64,000 nt of DNA from Rhodospirillales bacterium (GTDB lineage Bacteria > Pseudomonadota > Alphaproteobacteria > Rhodospirillales > Defluviicoccaceae), in contig JADJXQ010000002.1 in NCBI GenBank assembly GCA_016710335.1, positions 385,537 to 449,536 of the forward strand. The letters run 5' to 3'. A program made the translations under genes and the position numbers. A model generated the notes under the pieces. That model made no database searches, was not told the DNA's origin, and worked only from the letters and a program-made list of their open reading frames with translations. Of the stretch, positions 61,285 to 64,000 are shown in pieces (within the stretch, counting starts at the first letter, position 1; each line of letters begins with the position of its first letter).

Positions 61285-61536
61285 ATGGCGACGATGAACG
61301 TGTCCCTGCCCGATCCCATGAAGGACTGGGTGGAAGCGCAGACGAAATCCGGGCGCTACAGCAACACGAGCGATTATGTGCGCGATCTGATCCGGCGGGA
61401 TCAGGAGCGGGCGAGCAAACTGGCCGAGCTGCAAAAACTCCTTACCGAAGGACTGGAAAGCGGCGTCAGCGACCGGACGATTGACGATGTACTCAGGGCC
61501 GCGCGTCAACAAGCAAAAGCCGCGCGGAGTCCATGA
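61285..61536 (+). CDS. parD: ParD-family (RHH, CC2985-type) type II antitoxin
   Basis: MATMNVSLPDPMKDWVEAQTKSGRYSNTSDYVRDLIRRDQER... Confidence 0.88.
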   Translation: MATMNVSLPDPMKDWVEAQTKSGRYSNTSDYVRDLIRRDQERASKLAELQKLLTEGLESGVSDRTIDDVLRAARQQAKAARSP

Positions 61537-61820
61537 GCTACAAAACAACCCGGAAAGCCGATCAGGATATCATCGACGTTTACGTGTACGGGGCGGGAGC
61601 GTTCGGCGTCGAACAGGCCGAACGCTACCTTGAAGGCATGGTTTCTGTTTTCGAGTTGCTGGGCGAAAACCCCTATCTCGCCCGCGAACGCTCCGAATTC
61701 GACCCGCCTGTACGCGTGCACCCCTATCGGTCCCATACGATCGCCTACATCGTCCGGGATGGCGGAATCCTGATTATCCGCGTCCTGCACGGGCGGCAGG
61801 ACTGGGAGCGGAATCTGTGA
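61533..61820 (+). CDS. parE: ParE/RelE-family type II toxin
   Basis: ...KADQDIIDVYVYGAGAFGVEQAERYLEGM...YRSHTIAYIVRDGGILIIRVLHGRQD. ATGA overlap with parD. Confidence 0.88.
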   Translation: MSYKTTRKADQDIIDVYVYGAGAFGVEQAERYLEGMVSVFELLGENPYLARERSEFDPPVRVHPYRSHTIAYIVRDGGILIIRVLHGRQDWERNL

Positions 61821-61945
61821 TGAAAATCGGTTACGCCCGCGTCTCTATGGATGAGCAATGCCTCGATCTGCAATGGCACGCCCTTGAGGCGCAGACCAAC
61901 AGCCGCGGCTGGACGTTCAACGATAGGAACAATGGCCGCTCGTGA
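61820..61945 (+). pseudogene. Serine recombinase (resolvase/invertase) N-terminal stub, 41 codons
   Basis: Own translation: MKIGYARVSMDEQCLDLQWHALEAQTNSRGWTFNDRNNGRS*. The MKIGYARVS.DEQ..DLQ..AL stretch is the resolvase catalytic-Ser N-terminus, and the rest of the enzyme is missing. ATGA overlap with parE. Confidence 0.7.
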
Positions 61946-62154
61946 TCCGGGGGGATTGCTCGTAGTTCGTACCGGCCGGTCAGGATTATCATCGGAGAGA
62001 AGGCAAGAACGCAGCCTTGTTTCACTTGAAGTGTTGAATCAAACGACGCTCCCTCGGAGGAAACGGGAGTTGTCCTCGGCTGTTCCGGAGGAGAGCGTAC
62101 CTCCTTCTCAGCCTGGCATCGTGCGCTTCGGTCCCGACTTACGCTTCGCGCCGG

Positions 62155-62178
62155 ATCCTGCCAGCCGCGGCGCGGCGC
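62155..62178. repeat. Right copy of the 24-bp direct repeat; here it is part of a hairpin just 3' of the protease gene
   Basis: Identical to 60960-60983. Locally GCCAGC-N11-GCTGGC can fold. Confidence 0.9.
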
Positions 62179-62188
62179 TGGCTGCCGG

Positions 62189-64000
62189 TTATCCGAGGCG
62201 GCGGATGCCGGAGCGGGAGGGGGCCCAGCGTCCCGCTCCCAGATAGAAGGCCTCGCCCATTATCTCCTCGCGCCCGAAGGCTTCCCTGATCTCGCGCGGG
62301 GTCAATGCGTTGAAGGTTCCGGCGCCGTCGACGGCGTCGCCGGTGAGGTAGGTGTCCTCCGGCCGCCGTGCGAGCCACAGCACAACGTTGACCCGACCGA
62401 AGGTCACCGGCTGGGGCCCGCCGTCGCCGACCTCGATGACGGCGCCGCGCACCACCTCGCCCAACAAATCCACGTCGCGGATGGCGGTGCGGAGCCCCGC
62501 CCGGATATTGAGGTTGGCTCCGAACACGATTTTGGCGGTGGCGCCGGGCCCGCCCTCCGGCGGCGCCAGCAACGACGTCAGGGCGAGCGCATTGACCGGC
62601 GCCCGGTCGCTGCCGTGGAAGACGGTGTCGAAGTCGTCGCCGAATAGCGGATCGCCGGCGAGCGACTCGTAGGCGACCTCCAGCGCCCGGCTGGCGCCGC
62701 CGCCGAGCCGCGTCCAAGCGGCGGAGACATAGGTGCGAAAGGCGGCGCTGTCCTGATCGACTGCGATCTGGTAGGTCGCCCGCCGCGCGAGTTCGTTCTC
62801 CACGATCAGCCCGGTGGTCCGCCGTTCCGATGGCGACGCGTGCGCGGCCGCCGTGGTGTCGAAGTTGGACTGCGCCGCGTTGTTGTGGACAACGATCTCG
62901 TTGCGACTGGGATCGCGGGGATCGACATGGCAGCGGTCGATCTCGACGCGGATGCAGTAGTGCTCGACCTCGACGCGATCAATGTAGGTGTGCTCCGGGC
63001 AGTACCACTTGAGGCGGAACTCGCGGGTCTGCTGTTTGGGGATGGTCTGCGCCGGCGCTGCCGGCAGGACCCTGATGGCGCCGCCAACGGTGGTGGTGAA
63101 AGCCTTGGTGTAGACTTCGATCCTCACGTTCTCCGCATCGACGGTGCCGCCGTTGCGGACCCGCGCGACGATGGTGTGCCAAGTGCCCCTTGGCGATGAC
63201 GTTGTTGCCGGCGGGCCCTTCCAGGTCGATGTCGGGGCTCTTCCAGTCGGGCGGACCGGGAGGTTTGCGCCCCGGCGCCGGGCTGATCTGCAACTCGGCG
63301 CGATGGGCGCGGACGTAGTCCACCCGCACCCGCAGCGCATTCCCATCGGCTGGCTCGACCTGGTCGTAGACGAGGCGGAAATCATGCTGGCGTTCCGGGT
63401 CGGTGACGTCCGTCTCGGAATAGTCGGTGTTGGCGTTGAACAGCACCGGCCCGTCGCCGTCGGCGTCGGTGGGCAGCAGCAGGATGTCGGGCCGCGCGAT
63501 CGGATCGACGCCGTCGCCCACCACATCGCTGCCGACGAGCATCTGCGAGGTCGGGTAGTACCGGTTGAGCCCGTTGTCGCCGACCTGGGCGGCGCCCTGC
63601 ATACGACGGTATTCAAAGTAGTAGTTTCGCCCCGGCCGGATGCGGATCTCGATCCCGGCGCGGCGCCCCGGCGGCGGTCCGGCCCGCAACAAGGTTTCCG
63701 CCGCCTGCAGGGTCACGGTGCGCGACGTCGGCGTCGCGCCGAAGTCGATGCTCTCGATCCACGCCGGATCGATCCAGCCGAGACGCATGCGGTTGGGAAG
63801 CGAGAAGTGCGGCAGCCACCAGTCGTTGCCCATCAGGTCAAGCGCGCCGACGAGGCGCGCGTCCACCGTCTCGCCGTAGTCGCCGTTGTTGTAGAGGTCG
63901 CCGCAGCCGAGGGTGTGGCCGAGTTCGTGGCAGAGGATGTTGGTGAAGCTCTTGGTCAAGCCGCTGGGGTCGGGCGGCTGGCCGGTCTGGTACGCGGTCG
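62189..64000 (-). pseudogene. Large HExxH zinc metalloprotease (M6/InhA-like catalytic motif) with C-terminal beta-rich domains; 5' end outside the window; frame broken at the C-run 63186-63189
   Basis: ...TKSFTNILCHELGHTLGCGDLYNN... in ORF 62979..63959, which stays open to the window edge. It reads ...DIDLEGPAGNNVIAKG and then junk. The continuation TWHTIVARVRNGGTVDAENVRIEVY... is in ORF 62189..63616. An extra G in gccaagGGGGcact explains the break. Confidence 0.7.

Overview
High-GC (about 65-67%) alphaproteobacterial chromosomal segment, densely packed and mostly core housekeeping genes in familiar syntenies. Genes were called by reading the supplied ORF translations and the DNA by eye; no database search was run. 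Order of blocks: tsaE-amgK-murU-addB-addA; fnr, PEBP, dodecin, hsp20; rplU-rpmA-obg-proB-proA-nadD-rsfS; an ABC-2/GldG-like/DUF4340 cluster; aspartate aminotransferase, gloB; the aa3 oxidase locus coxB-coxA-ctaG-coxC with a divergent DUF420/HCO-like/ctaB/M32 operon; dapF-mtaB-ftsY; a PfkB kinase, ampG; tRNA-Val; ygfZ, rpmB; a liv-type ABC importer; gap; DUF4164-zapA-6S RNA-5-FTHF cyclo-ligase-ymdB. Small accessory insertions are wedged between core genes: a lower-GC MntA/HepT module plus an orphan ORF beside tRNA-Val, a second MNT with a decayed HepT, and parDE plus a 41-codon resolvase stub flanked by a 24-bp direct repeat next to a large HExxH protease at the window edge. The most unusual items are: (1) a 475-aa heme-copper-oxidase subunit-I paralog that keeps the predicted heme ligands but lacks the CuB His-His pair, sitting between a DUF420 gene and ctaB; (2) an ATP-grasp-like plus CocE/NonD hydrolase pair next to tRNA-Val; (3) several short tandem duplications placed on gene boundaries or 5' leaders (murU/addB junction, rpmB leader, both ends of the DUF4164 gene, the zapA-6S spacer); (4) four apparent frameshifts in conserved genes (GldG-like, coxA, CocE/NonD, HExxH protease), three of which map to G/C runs, so sequencing or assembly indels are more likely than real pseudogenes. 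No CRISPR array, rRNA or intact transposase/integrase was seen. Many long Arg/Pro/Gly-rich ORFs in the track are antisense shadow ORFs typical of high-GC DNA and were ignored.
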